From Convolutriloba macropyga (lineage: Eukaryota), in NCBI RefSeq assembly GCF_964194025.1, contig NC_134475.1:46934001-46998000 (forward strand): a DNA stretch of 64,000 nt. Reading direction: 5' to 3'. Shown piece after piece: positions 10,700-22,949 of this stretch (positions are counted from its first letter, which is position 1; each line of letters opens with the position of its first letter). The notes under the pieces are model-generated. The model was not told the origin of the DNA, searched no databases, and saw nothing but the letters and a program-made list of their open reading frames with translations. Both the position numbers and the translations under genes were made by a program.

Positions 10700-13600
10700 A
10701 TGCCATCTACAATAGACATAACAATCAAAACTCTCGACGGCAACTCGAGGAAGTTCGAGAACATCTCAAATGAAATTACAGTCAAGGAATTGAAAGAGAA
10801 AATTGCCAGTAGAGTCAACATTCCAGCAGACAAGCAGCGACTTATTTATGCTGGACGTGTTTTAAATGACAGCAATGTTTTGTCCTCGTATAACTTGGAT
10901 GGTCAAGCGATTCATTTAGTAGAAAGACAACCAGTTTCGAATCAACCAAATGCATCGTCATCGAGTGCGTCTGGTCCTAACGTGAATAATCCAAATGTGC
11001 GACCTCCATTGGGTAGGTCTGGAAGGCCAAATCCAAACATGCCCAGAACACAAATACGAATGGTGTTTGGAGGTAACCAGGCTCCTGGTTTTATACGACC
11101 AGGAGCTCCTGGAGTGCCTCCGTTTCCTCCGCCTAGAGGACCCCCCAGATTTATGCCACAGAATGGAGGAACTGTGCGATTCAGGGTCCCGAGACCACCG
11201 ATTGTGAGCAACGCTGGTCGTCCAGCAGCAACTCCAGTAGATGCAGGATCTAATCGCGTGGAACATTGTCGAAAGTATATTGCGAGTACGAAACACGTTT
11301 TGAGACATTTGAAGCGACTGAAAGATAGAATGAGTAATCTGGAAGAGTCAACCTCGGAATCCTCAACAACAACTCAGGAAGATTTGGAGATACCAGCTGA
11401 ACCAGAAGTTGCTACTGCTCAAACAAACGAACAGTTAGATGACGGAACTGCCTCAAGTGGTGCTCCTTCAAATCAAACTGAGGAAACAAATTCACAAGCT
11501 GAAGGAACGGAAAATGCTCAGCAACAGTCGCCAAATGGTGCCAACGGTGAAACTGGCAACGGACGAAGAAATCGAAGATTGCCTAGAGCCTATCCAGCGG
11601 CAGAGATAATTTCTTTGCATCGAAATGTGAATGACTGCGAACGTGAGTTGCAGGAATACGTCGATTTATGTGAAAACATTTTTTCGTCATCTGACGTCGA
11701 GCAGGCCCAGAATGTGCAACATATGCACAATGTATTAATACATGGAATTGGGGAAGCAACTCATTTTTTGGCACATGCTCAACATTCCTTGTCTGATTTG
11801 TACACAAACTTATCACATCGTCCGCCTGTTGCGTTGGCTCATCCAGTGCCAGTAAACGCAGTTGCAGCTACTGCTATCGAGATTGCTCCCGTACTAGTAA
11901 ATGCCAATGGTGCTGCAATCCCTATTCCACCTATGAACATGGGTGCTCCTCCAGGGCCACCCCCAGCTGGTGGTCCCGGGAATGCTGACCAACAAGCAGC
12001 CAATATGGCCCCGAACTCGAACAACTCAGGTTCCAATCAAAACTCGACATCAACTCCGAACAACACCCCGAACCCCAATCAAGCAAATTTCAATCCTCGA
12101 ATGCCGCAGATGCCGCCGTTCATTCCTACTTTTGCTGCTCCTATTTTCAACATGCCGCCGGGAGCGATTCCTACTGTAATACCTGGACCGTTTCCCAACA
12201 TGGTTCCAGGCGCTTTTCCAAATTTGGCTCCAGGTGCTTTTCCGAATATGGGCCCTGGTCAGATTCCAGTTAATGTTCAGAGGTTCACTGTTCCTGGAAG
12301 CAACGATACAATTTTCAGAGCTGCATTTCGAGCTGGTGTGCCTCGTGGAAACCCCGCGGCTTCACAGCCAACAAATGGAAATCAGAGTACTACGACTGCA
12401 CAAAGGGGAACTCCAAATGTTGTTCCCAATCCGACAGAACAGACCGATGCTTCGAGTTCTACAGATGCGCGCCCCGAAGCGGCTCAAAATAACCAATCTG
12501 ATGCTTCACAACAAGCAGCAATGCCTGGCCAACCAAGATTTCCAATTCGTCCTGAAGTTTTTGGACCCCGAGATCCTTTTGTGCCTTGCAACTCAAGATT
12601 TTTCCAGCCGCGGCCTCCTAGAGGTGCTACAGGTGGAGCAAATGCGAGTGCTGCTTCGCAGCAGCCAAATGGCAGCAACAATACAACAAGTGCTGGTGCG
12701 TCCCAGAATGCGAATGAAAACGTGACAGCTGAACAGCAAACGACTGATCAAAACGCGAGTGTGGGAAATCAAGTCAACATGGGTGGGTTGGGGCTTGACC
12801 TGCAGAATATTCTGCAAAGCATGGCTGCAGCTAACCCAGGAATCAACTTAGAAATGAACGAAGACACAGTTGCTGTTGATCCTAACCGACCCATCGGAGA
12901 GCAAATTCAGGATATCATCAACAGTGTCATGTCTGCAACTGCGCCTGGGGGAACTGGGTTTGGTGGCAACTCGGAGGAGAATTTTGGCGATGTGCAAACT
13001 GATGTCCAAGTCAATCTGGAAGCCCAATTTGGTGATCCGATGGAGGATGGGTCCTATTCAGATGAGCATGACTTTTATGGTTCTGGAGATATTCCAGACC
13101 AACAGCCAGTTCCTCCAAACCCACTTCATTCAATGATGGCTGGCTTTCTTCAATCGGGAATGGGTAATCCCCAAACTAACTTGTTTGATCTGCTCCAAAT
13201 GGGCCAGGAACAGGCTAGTGGTATACTGAATGACATTGCTGTCGTATTTGCGAGATCAATTTCAGTACCTGAACTTTTTGCAATTTTGTCCGGCCAAACT
13301 CCAGCTTTGGCACAGGTACGAACGCCTTTGCGAGAGTTTGTGCAGCAAAGTGTTCTAAGAGGGGAAGGTTACTCGGAAGATTTGTTGCAACGTCGAATAA
13401 GTGAGTCAATTCGAGGAGATCATAGTTTTGAACTTCTAAATGTTCAATTCAACGAAACTGTCAACGGACAGGAATCGCTGTTTAGATTCTTGGAACAACG
13501 TGTTTTTGAGCTTCTCCAGCTGACAATGAACGATGAAGTTGGTGATAACGAGTTCGCACAAAATGTAACTACATTTTTTAGCAATTTCATGTTCGAGATG

Positions 13601-14530
13601 ATTGTCCTATACACGAACATTCTGCATTCATCTCAAAGAGTGGAATCGGTGCTCGCAAACACCTTAATGAGTGACTTCTTACGAACTCAGAGTCGAAGTG
13701 CTGATAACGAGTCTTCAGATAACCGACAGCCACCAACTTTTATGGGCATGAACATATCTGGCATGGAGCCTATGATCACAATGTTAGTGTCTCAACAATT
13801 GAGTAATCTTGCTTCAATGGCTTCAAGTCGAGTTCCTCTCTCGCAAGTTGAACAGTTTATAGTGAGACGAGACCAGCCGATGACTCAACAGCCGAACTCA
13901 GCGAGTCAAAATGTGGAACCGAAATCAGAGCCTATGGATTGTTCGGAGGGAAGCTCTATCGGAGTTGCTAACTCTGGGACGAATCAATCTACTAATTTAA
14001 GTGATGGTGCTTCGCAAAGTAAACAACAACAACCTGTTAGACCTAAAGTTAAACAACCCTTGAGGGCTCAAAATAGCCACGCTAGGCTTAGTTTCAATGT
14101 TTTGTTGCCAGACGAGCCAGAATCAATGAACAGTATTTTCGACACAAATACAGTAAATGAGGCGACAGAAAATTGGCTGGAAGTTTTGAAAAATGATGAG
14201 CAGAAACAAAATGAAGAGAGTTTCCCTGATTATTTCAGCGACGCTTATTTATTTGGCATGCCGCCAAGACAGAGAGCTATGGCGACATCAACCAATGCGT
14301 TGGGGTATGAGGGATCAATGCGAGGAATTCTGGAAGGAACGCTGCAACGTATGAGTTCTGGAAGCAGTGTGAACGAGGCAACTAGGGTAGCGTTACGAGA
14401 CAGTATTGAAGATGATGAAAATTTACAAGAGCTTTTTGCCAATGTCGTCAGACAAGATATTGCGAGAAGATATGATAATGATCCCGATATGCAGAATAGA
14501 CCATCAACCAAAAAGTATTTGGGCAAATAA
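10700..14530 (+). CDS. BAG6: Large proline-rich protein BAG6 (BAT3/Scythe), single coding exon, 1276 aa
   Basis: N-terminal ubiquitin-like domain (ITIKTLD...QRLIYAGRVLND...IHLVER). BAG6 motif GEATHFLAHAQHSLSDL, long P/Q/N-rich region and DPFVPCNS. C-terminal SDAYLFGMP and DIARRYDNDPD (BAG-similar tail). Confidence 0.9.
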   Translation: MPSTIDITIKTLDGNSRKFENISNEITVKELKEKIASRVNIPADKQRLIYAGRVLNDSNVLSSYNLDGQAIHLVERQPVSNQPNASSSSASGPNVNNPNVRPPLGRSGRPNPNMPRTQIRMVFGGNQAPGFIRPGAPGVPPFPPPRGPPRFMPQNGGTVRFRVPRPPIVSNAGRPAATPVDAGSNRVEHCRKYIASTKHVLRHLKRLKDRMSNLEESTSESSTTTQEDLEIPAEPEVATAQTNEQLDDGTASSGAPSNQTEETNSQAEGTENAQQQSPNGANGETGNGRRNRRLPRAYPAAEIISLHRNVNDCERELQEYVDLCENIFSSSDVEQAQNVQHMHNVLIHGIGEATHFLAHAQHSLSDLYTNLSHRPPVALAHPVPVNAVAATAIEIAPVLVNANGAAIPIPPMNMGAPPGPPPAGGPGNADQQAANMAPNSNNSGSNQNSTSTPNNTPNPNQANFNPRMPQMPPFIPTFAAPIFNMPPGAIPTVIPGPFPNMVPGAFPNLAPGAFPNMGPGQIPVNVQRFTVPGSNDTIFRAAFRAGVPRGNPAASQPTNGNQSTTTAQRGTPNVVPNPTEQTDASSSTDARPEAAQNNQSDASQQAAMPGQPRFPIRPEVFGPRDPFVPCNSRFFQPRPPRGATGGANASAASQQPNGSNNTTSAGASQNANENVTAEQQTTDQNASVGNQVNMGGLGLDLQNILQSMAAANPGINLEMNEDTVAVDPNRPIGEQIQDIINSVMSATAPGGTGFGGNSEENFGDVQTDVQVNLEAQFGDPMEDGSYSDEHDFYGSGDIPDQQPVPPNPLHSMMAGFLQSGMGNPQTNLFDLLQMGQEQASGILNDIAVVFARSISVPELFAILSGQTPALAQVRTPLREFVQQSVLRGEGYSEDLLQRRISESIRGDHSFELLNVQFNETVNGQESLFRFLEQRVFELLQLTMNDEVGDNEFAQNVTTFFSNFMFEMIVLYTNILHSSQRVESVLANTLMSDFLRTQSRSADNESSDNRQPPTFMGMNISGMEPMITMLVSQQLSNLASMASSRVPLSQVEQFIVRRDQPMTQQPNSASQNVEPKSEPMDCSEGSSIGVANSGTNQSTNLSDGASQSKQQQPVRPKVKQPLRAQNSHARLSFNVLLPDEPESMNSIFDTNTVNEATENWLEVLKNDEQKQNEESFPDYFSDAYLFGMPPRQRAMATSTNALGYEGSMRGILEGTLQRMSSGSSVNEATRVALRDSIEDDENLQELFANVVRQDIARRYDNDPDMQNRPSTKKYLGK

Positions 14531-14548
14531 TGGTTGATCAATGTGCTA

Positions 14549-14554
14549 AATAAA
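14549..14554 (+). promoter_or_regulatory. Candidate BAG6 polyadenylation signal AATAAA
   Basis: AATAAA 18 nt after the stop, followed by T/GT-rich sequence. Confidence 0.5.
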
Positions 14555-14719
14555 TTACTGCTGAAAACTATTATCTTTAAATTGATTTATCTGATTGCTG
14601 TTTTTTTTGGATGCAGGGATATAAAAATTCATTTATGTTGTTGGAGACCTTCATTGAATTGAATTGATATTTATCTTTTCTTGATAACTGTTTTCAAAAG
14701 TTTACAACCTCTTTTTCTT

Positions 14720-14960
14720 TGGGGGGGGGGGGGATTGGAACTACGTGCTCAACTACGGGATTGGAACTATGAACAGGGTTTTTGTTCATTCATTTTTGGC
14801 CAATCGATTTATATGACGTAGAAAGAAATGAGGGGTATCATGAAAGCCCTGAATTTCGTCTTTTTCCAAGAGTTATCCAGGTTTAAACTTCACCAACATT
14901 TGGCATTTTACCGTTATTTTGTTCACTTTATGCGTTATTCTCGACCAATTTTTAATAATT
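14720..14960 (+). repeat. Diverged family B 5' end
   Basis: gggg..ggaactat..ttttgttcattcatttttggccaatcgat..gtagaaagaaatgaggggtatcatgaaagc matches 18722-18960. Confidence 0.6.
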
Positions 14961-16879
14961 TTGCCCAATTATATTAAAATAAGCCACGATTTCGTGTTTT
15001 TAATAACAGAGTAACAAGGCTGTTATTTGGCTCAATGTGGCTCTCATATTGGTGAGCAATCTTTTCAGATTTTACAATTTAACTGTTTGAAGTCAATGAG
15101 AAGTTGAGGCAGTGACTTAGCAGCGCTAGAATAGCACGCGGCGGAGAAGAATGAGTAGTTTGAGATCGTAAAATTCTACCAAACTGCTTTTTAAGTGAAG
15201 CGAGATTTCTGTTTGAACTGATTTAGAGATTTATTGAGGCATTTTTTATTTTTTGCATGCTGCAATTGTAGCCAAATGCGGCTCTTAAAGGTAATAAGTT
15301 TGTTCTTATAATCCTTAATTCTATTTTTTTGGATCGCTCAGTGGACAGCGATTGATTTCTATGGCTTTGGCTTAATTTTTTATGAATTAATTGTAACCTT
15401 TTGATTGGTTTCTTTCGTGCGTGTTGTAATTTTTGTCGTCTTACCGCTTTGTTTTTTTTTAAGAAAAGAACCAGTGACATTTAAAGCGTCATGAGTTATC
15501 CCTTTATAATGCTTTTTCTCGTTAGCTCATCTGTTTTCTTTTCTTGTGATATCAGGGTCTTGTTAAAATGTCGGAAATTTTAGGCCTGCATTGTTTTGAT
15601 TTTGTGTTCTGATCGCTAAGGTTGATTAGTGACAGTTGAGCTCTCCAAGCATACATAATTGAGTTTCCTAGCCTTTTTGTTCATTAGCTGGTTTATGGCT
15701 TTTACTCTGTATTTTCTATTTGTTCTTAATGCAGCTTTCAGTCAGTAGTTTACTGTTTTTATATCTTTGTCACAGTGTTGTCGTGAACTTAAAGTGAATT
15801 TTTGGTTTTTTGTTTGTTGTTCTTTTGGTTATTTTAATTAAATTTCATTGGAGACATGCAGCATTGTGTGTTTCCTATTGAAACATAAATGAAGTTAAGT
15901 TTAGGCATTGACTTAGCACCGCTAGAATAGTACACTGCCGAGAAGATTGAGTAGTTTCAAATCGTAGATTTCTTCCAAACTTTACGAGACGCGAAATTTT
16001 TTCGATCTGATTTAGATGTCCATCGAGGCCTTCTTCGCGTGCGGCAATTGAAGCCAATTGTGGATTTTGTAAGTTTGTTCCAATAATGCTTAATTCTTAT
16101 AGTTTAGATCGACCAGTGGCCAGCAAATAATTTTTATGGATTCGACTTCAATTTTTTAATGAGATTTTTGCAACCTTTTGATTGGTTCCTTTCGTTCTTG
16201 TAATTTTTTGTTCTCTTATCACTCAGTTTTCTCTATGTTTTCATAATGGAGCTTTAAACGTTTTTTTTATTTATCGCCGTATTGTCGTGAAATTAAAGTG
16301 AATTTTCGGGGTTTTTATGTTTGTTGTTCGTTTTGTTGTTTTTGTGCTTCCTAATGAAACATAAATGAATTCATAGAACGCTTTCATCCAGTACGTTATG
16401 CTTTTTGTGTTGGCTGTCGCTGACGCCATCAAGAAAATTTTATTGTTTGACATTGAAAATTTTTTCTTTAAATTACGAAACGTTTGTCCTTGAAAAATAC
16501 CTATTTTTGATTTTTGCTTCTTTTTATTATTTTCTTTCTCGCTTATATATAACTCTCATTAATGATAGCTCTCTTTTTTTATCGTTTGACTCTTTTTTGT
16601 GGTTTTTAGTTTTCGTCTGTTGATTTGGACTTCGTTAACGCTTTGTTTTTTAAAAGAATTGTTTTGAATTTTTGGTTTTTGTTGTCGCGCCTCTTATTGT
16701 CGATAATAAAAAAAATTCTCATCTGTCATCTGGTTCAGTGTTAGGGGTTACGGAAATTACTGAGTAAGACACCGTTTACTTTGGAAATTTTTCAGTGATT
16801 CTTTGAATCTTCCTTCATAAATCTCGCTGGATGCTGTGAAGAAACAAAGTTCTGAGTTTCTCAATACTATGAGGTGTTT

Positions 16880-17305
16880 AATTGCTCTTGAACGAAGTTC
16901 ATATCAATTATTCTAAACGTGTGTCTCTTTTTTATGCAAAATTTTTGCTTGACAATTTTGACTTTTCGAGTGACTTTTGTCCCTCGACTTTTTGCGTTTC
17001 GCGTGATCTAAAACTCTTTCTCAATCAAATTTCAAGCAGCTGAACTCAGTTGACGGCAATTTAAAACTAAAACTCAAATGAAAAATTCGCCGAAACTGGT
17101 GTCATTTTTATTTCAAATCTTAATAGTGGTATATGTTAACGTCTAATATGGTTGTTTGGAGCCCACTATTGAACGTCTTAGTCCCATTTAGGTTCCCCCT
17201 CCCTCCCTCCTCCTCCCCCCCCGACTGAAACAGACTGCAATTGATTAGAGCTCCCACTAGTCGTTCGAGAGCAATTCATCCGAAATTTAGTCGGTTATGT
17301 TTTTT
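16880..17305 (+). mobile_element. Short family A Helentron/DINE-1-like element
   Basis: AATTGCTCTTGAACG ... CGTTCGAGAGCAATT (17262-17276), then hairpin CCGA-aatttag-TCGG and a T-run; internal C-rich tract. Confidence 0.65.
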
Positions 17306-18721
17306 ATTGGATACTGCGGTTAAGCGTTTTAATATCTTGGTACTTTTTCAAACTGTGAAGTTCTTATTTTTTTGAAATATAAGGTTCGCTAGATGTCCGT
17401 TTTTGTCCCTTTCGTTTGTTCCAGATTGTTTTTAACTTTTTTTGTTATATATGTCTCTCCTAATCTCAGAGTGCATGAAGTTCTCTTAATTTTTGAACTT
17501 AAGCGAATTTTTCGTCATTTTCAATTTTTCCCTCTTTCCCATTAAATTTTTTTTTACTGAGCTGAAGTTGCTATAGAGGTGAAGGCTTACCTGGTAACTT
17601 TCATTGAGCGAGTAAAATTTTTTGATCACGTGCGGCAAAGCAGTTATATAGTTTTACTTTTTCTGTCAAATTTTTTTGTCTCAATTATATGTACTGGTTA
17701 TAGTGCGGTTGGAAGTCTATGACAATTATTACACTTTTAAATTCAATTTTGAGCTAAATTTGCCATTTTGCCATGTCGGACGCTTTTGAAGCAGTTTTTG
17801 CATGGTTCAGTTGTTTATAGCCTTTGGTGAGTTTTTTGTTGGTTGAATATATTTTTTCCTGTGACTCAGTGACCAATCAATGTGATTGATACCAATTTTG
17901 AGTCGATTTTGTTCAAGAAAAGTTAGAAGTTTCAAGTAGATTTCGGTTCGGTCGGTTTTTTTTTCAATTTTGGCTATTTCTGATTTTGTGGTTCTGGGTC
18001 CCATTTTTTTTCAGTCCCTAATTTAGAACTATTCGATAGGTGTTGCTACTGCGCGGTGACAATTGAAGGCTAGACATGGTACTTTGTACTGAAATAAATT
18101 ATGAAAATTTCTAATTTTGATTCTCATTTTTTCTGCTCTTATAAATTGTTGTTCTTTGGCTCCGCCAGGTAATGGGTTTGTGGCTGATCGAGCAGATGAT
18201 GTAATAAAGGTCTGTCTCGGAATAGTTGGCGAGTAGTCTTTTGAATATTGTGGAGAATTCTGGAAACGAAAATATTGTTTTCTTCCGTTCCTCGATTTTT
18301 GTATGACCCCTTATTGTATTTTGAGATTCGTGGATTGATTGAAAACTATCTGTATTACAAGCACATTTGTCAATGTTCGTGATGTTTTAATTTGTGAAGA
18401 ATCGTCATCAGATGCTTTTCCCAGATGCTTTTCTTTTTCTCTCGTCACCAGATGCTTACCCTCTGTTATTGTCATTGTTTGATTGATTACTATAATTACG
18501 TTATTGAGGGCTCTCAGTTCGCACTTTTTTGACTTCAATGATAGGTCAAATTTTAGTGATGATTTTAATCACTCAGGAGTAGTAAAGAGAACGGAGAATT
18601 GGGAAGGTTTAATTTTTTATGTTACAGATAAACTGAAGTGAGAAATTCGTGTATGAACAAATTTTTGGTTTTTGATTGCAATTTTTTCACGAGAGGCCTT
18701 TCACTACTATTTTGACCAGTT

Positions 18722-19009
18722 TTTGTTCCGACCACATATGTGGGGGGAGGAACTATATACTCAAATGGTATTTTTGTTCAGTCAATTTTGGCCGATCGAT
18801 ATATTCATCGTAGAGAAATGTGAGTGGTATCATTGAAAAGCTCGTCCAGCGTAGAATTCAAAGTTAAAAATATTTTTTTGAATTTCATGTTTTTTGAAGA
18901 GTTATCTAGGTTTAAAATTTTGCGTGAAAACGCGTTATTTGCATGATTTTGTTCACTTTTTGCGAATTTTTTTGTTCAAACTAAGGCCTTTCTAAAGAAA
19001 AATTATTTG
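18722..19009 (+). mobile_element. Family B element 5' end (truncated at the duplication junction)
   Basis: tttGTTCCgaccac..gtggggggaGGAACtatatactcaaatgg...tcagtcaattttggccgatcgatatatt. Confidence 0.6.
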
Positions 19010-20520
19010 TGATTAGTGACAGTTGAGCTCTCCAAGTATACATAATTGAGTTTCCTAGCCTTTTTGTTCATTAGCTGGTTTATGGCTTTTACTCTGTATT
19101 TTCTATTTGTTCTTAATGCAGCTTTCAGTCAGTAGTTTACTGTTTTTATATCTTTGTCACAGTGTTGTCGTGAACTTAAAGTGAATTTTTGGTTTTTTGT
19201 TTGTTGTTCTTTTGGTTATTTTAATTAAATTTCATTGGAGACATGCAGCATTGTGTGTTTCCTATTGAAACATAAATGAAGTTAAGTTTAGGCATTGACT
19301 TAGCACCGCTAGAATAGTACACTGCCGAGAAGATTGAGTAGTTTCAAATCGTAGATTTCTTCCAAACTTTACGAGACGCGAAATTTTTTCGATCTGATTT
19401 AGATGTCCATCGAGGCCTTCTTCGCGTGCGGCAATTGAAGCCAATTGTGGATTTTGTAAGTTTGTTCCAATAATGCTTAATTCTTATAGTTTAGATCGAC
19501 CAGTGGCCAGCAAATAATTTTTATGGATTCGACTTCAATTTTTTAATGAGATTTTTGCAACCTTTTGATTGGTTCCTTTCGTTCGTGTAATTTTTTGTTC
19601 TCTTATCACTCAGTTTTCTCTAAAACAGAACCCGGTGATGTTTCAAGCGTCATAAATTATAATTCTATTATGCTTCTTGTGACATCAAGGTCTCGTTATT
19701 TGAAATTTTAGGCCTACATTTTGATTTTGTGTTCAGATCTCTAAGGTTGATTAACGACAATCGAGCTCTCCAAGGATACATAATTGAGTTTCTCTAGCCT
19801 TTTTTTCATTAGCTGTCATTTTGCTTTGACTCTCCGTATTCTCTATGTTTTCATAATGGAGCTTTAAACGTTTTTTTGTCTTTATCGCCGTATTGTCGTG
19901 AAATTAAAGTGAATTTTCGGGGTTTTTATGTTTGTTGTTCGTTTTGTTGTTTTAAATAAATCTCTTTGACGACATGTAGCAATGTGCTTCCTAATGAAAC
20001 ATAAATGAATTCATAGAACGCTTTCATCCGGTACGTTTTGCTTTTTGTGTTGGCTGTCGCTGACGCCATCAAGGAAATTTTATTGTTTGACATTGAAAAT
20101 TTTTTCTTTAAATTAAGAACCGTTTGTCCTTGAAAAATACCTATTTTTGATTTTTGCTTCTTTTTATTATTTTTTTCTTTATCGCTTATATATAACTCTC
20201 ATTAATGATAGCTCTCTTTCTTTATCGTTTGACTCTTTTTTGTGGTTTTTAGTTTTCGTCTGTTGATTTGGACTTCGTTAACGCTTTGTTTTTTAAAAGA
20301 ATAGTTTTGAATTTTTGGTTTTTGTTGTCGCGCCTCTTATTGTCGATAATAAAAATTCTTATCTGTCATCTGGTTCAGTGTTAGGGGTTACGGAAATTAC
20401 TGAGCAAGACACCGTTTACTTTGGAAAATTTTCAGTGATTCTTTGAATCTTTCCTTCATAAATCTCGCTGGATGCTGTGAAGAAACAAAGTTCTGAGTTT
20501 CTCAATACTATGAGGTGTTT

Positions 20521-20958
20521 AATTGCTCTTGAACGAAGTTCATATCAATTATTCTAAACGTGTGTGTCTTTTTTTGCAAAATTTTTGCTTGACAATTTTG
20601 ACTTTTCGAGTGACTTTTGGCCCTCGACTTTTTGCGTTTCGCGTGATCTAAAACTCTTTCTCAATCAAATTTCAAGCAGCTGAACTCAGTTGACGGCAAT
20701 TTAAAACTAAAACTCAAATGAAAAATTCGCCGAAACTGGTGTCATTTTTATTTCAAATCTTAATAGTGGTATATGTTAACCTCTAATATGGTTGTTTGGA
20801 GCCCACTATTGAACGTCTTATTCCCATTTAGGTTCCCCCTCCCTCCCTCCTCCCCCTCCCCCCTCCCCCCCCCCCGACTGAAACAGGCTGCAATTGATTA
20901 GAGCTCCCACTAGTCGTTCGAGAGCAATTCATCCGAAATTTAGTCGGTTATGTTTTTT
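20521..20958 (+). mobile_element. Short family A element (duplicate copy)
   Basis: Same structure as 16880-17305, carried in copy 2 of the duplication. Confidence 0.65.
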
Positions 20959-22339
20959 ATTGGATACTGCGGTTAAGCGTTTTAATATCTTGGTACTTTT
21001 TCAAACTGTGAAGTTCTTATTTTTTTGAAATATAAGGTTCGCTAGATGTCCGTTTTTGTCCCTTTCGTTTGTTCCAGATTGTTTTTAACTTTTTTTGTTA
21101 TATATGTCTCTCCTAATCTCAGAGTGCATGAAGTTCTCTTAATTTTTGAACTTTAGCGAATTTTTCGTCATTTTCAATTTTTAATTTTTCCCTCTTTCCC
21201 ATTAAATTTTTTTTACTGAGCTGAAGTTGCTATAGAGGTGAAGGCTTACCTGGTAACTTTCATTGAGCGAGTAAAATTTTTTGATCACGTGCGGCAAAGC
21301 AGTTATATAGTTTTACTTTTTCTGTCAAATTTTTTTGTCTCAATTATATGTACTGGTTATAGTGCGGTTGGAAGTCTATGACAATTATTACACTTTTAAA
21401 TTCAATTTTGAGCTAAATTTGCCATTTTGCCATGTCGGACGCTTTTGAAGCAGTTTTTGCATGGTTCAGTTGTTTATAGCCTTTGGTGAGTTTTTTGTTG
21501 GTTGAATATATTTTTTCCTGTGACTCAGTGACCAGTCAATGTGATTGATACCAATTTTGAGTCGATTTTGTTCAAGAAAAGTTAGAAGTTTCAAGTAGAT
21601 TTTGGTTTGGTCGTTTTTTTTCATTTTTGGCTATTTCTTCTGATTTTGTGGTTCTGGGTCCCATTCTTTTTCAGTCCCTAATTTAGAACTATTCGATAGG
21701 TGTTGCTACTGCGCGGTGACAATTGAAGGCTAGACATGGTACTTTGTACTGAAATAAATTATGAAAATTTCTAATTTTGATTCTCATTTTTTCTGCTCTT
21801 ATAAATTGTTGTTCTTTGGCTCCGCCAGGTAATGGGTTGGTGACTGATCGAGCAGATGATGTAATAAAGGTCTGTCTCGGAATAGTTGGCGAGTAGTCTT
21901 TTGAATATTGTATTGAATATGACCCCTTATTGTATTTTGGGATTCGTGGATTGATTGAAAACTATCTGTATTACAAGCACATTTGTCAATATTCGTGATA
22001 TTTTAATTTGTAAAGAATCGTCATCAGATGCTTTTCCCAGATGCTTTTCTCTTTCTCTCGTCATCAGATGCTTACCCTCTGTTATTGTCATTGTTTGATT
22101 GATTACTATAATTACGTTATTGAGGGCTCTCAGTTTGCACTTTTTTGACTTTAATGATAGGTCAAATTTTAGTGATGATTTTAATCACTCAGGAGTAGTA
22201 AAGAGATCGGAGAATTGGGAAGGTTTGATTTTTTTATGTTACACATAAACTGAAGTGAGAAATTCGTGTATGAACAAATTTTTGGTTTTTGATTGCAATT
22301 TTTTCACGAGAGGCCTTTCACTACTATTTTGACCAGTTT

Positions 22340-22620
22340 TTGTTCCGACCCCACTTGTGGGGGGAGGAACTATATACTCAAATGGTTTTTTCAGTCAATT
22401 TTGGCCGATCGATATATTTATCGTAGAGAAATGTGAGTGGTATCATTGAAAAGCTCGTCCAGCGTAGAATTCAAAGTTAAAAATATGTTTTTGAATTTCA
22501 TGTTTTTCGAAGAGTTATCTAGGTTTAAAGTTTTGCGTGAAAACGCGATATTTGCATGATTTTGTTCACTTTTTGCGAATTTTTTGTTCAAATTAAGGCC
22601 TTTCTAAAAAAATTTATTTC
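22340..22620 (+). mobile_element. Family B element 5' end preceding the satellite array
   Basis: GTTCCgaCCCCACttGTGGGGggaGGAAC terminal hairpin followed by the conserved family B core. Confidence 0.6.
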
Positions 22621-22949
22621 AAAATTACATTTCACTCAACAAATTGAGGCAATTTTCTATTACCAATAGACCGATAAAAAAGGCTTGTTCTGTTCTCTTG
22701 AGGAAGTTTACTATCAAAAAATATCGAATTCAATTTGAGAGCTGTTTTTTTAGAAAAATTTCCTATTTATTATTGTTTTTGTAATCACTTAGAGACTAGT
22801 CACTTTTCATATCGAGGTTCTGTAAAATTTGAACCTAATTTATAGTCAACTAATACCCAATAAACAAAATATTCGTTTTCAAGGAATTACTCATGTTTCT
22901 TTTGTCTTCGAATCTGTGTTTTCGAAATTTTTAACAAAATTTTGATTTT

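Larger units (their letters stand above)
15623..22619. repeat. Near-identical tandem duplication: copy 1 15623-19009, copy 2 19010-22619
   Basis: Offset 3387 bp at the start (identical 60-aa spurious ORFs at 15875 and 19262). Copies differ by scattered substitutions and reciprocal indels. Confidence 0.95.

Noticed and set aside
10498-14541. Antisense and alternative-frame ORFs overlapping BAG6
   Set aside because: Expected shadows of a long, relatively GC-rich, low-complexity CDS; no recognisable domains.
15875-19444. Two identical 60-aa minus-strand ORFs (MASIAAREEG...)
   Set aside because: Identity reflects the 3.4-kb duplication. They start at TTG, and the older paralogous unit at ~15110-15300 does not preserve the reading frame.
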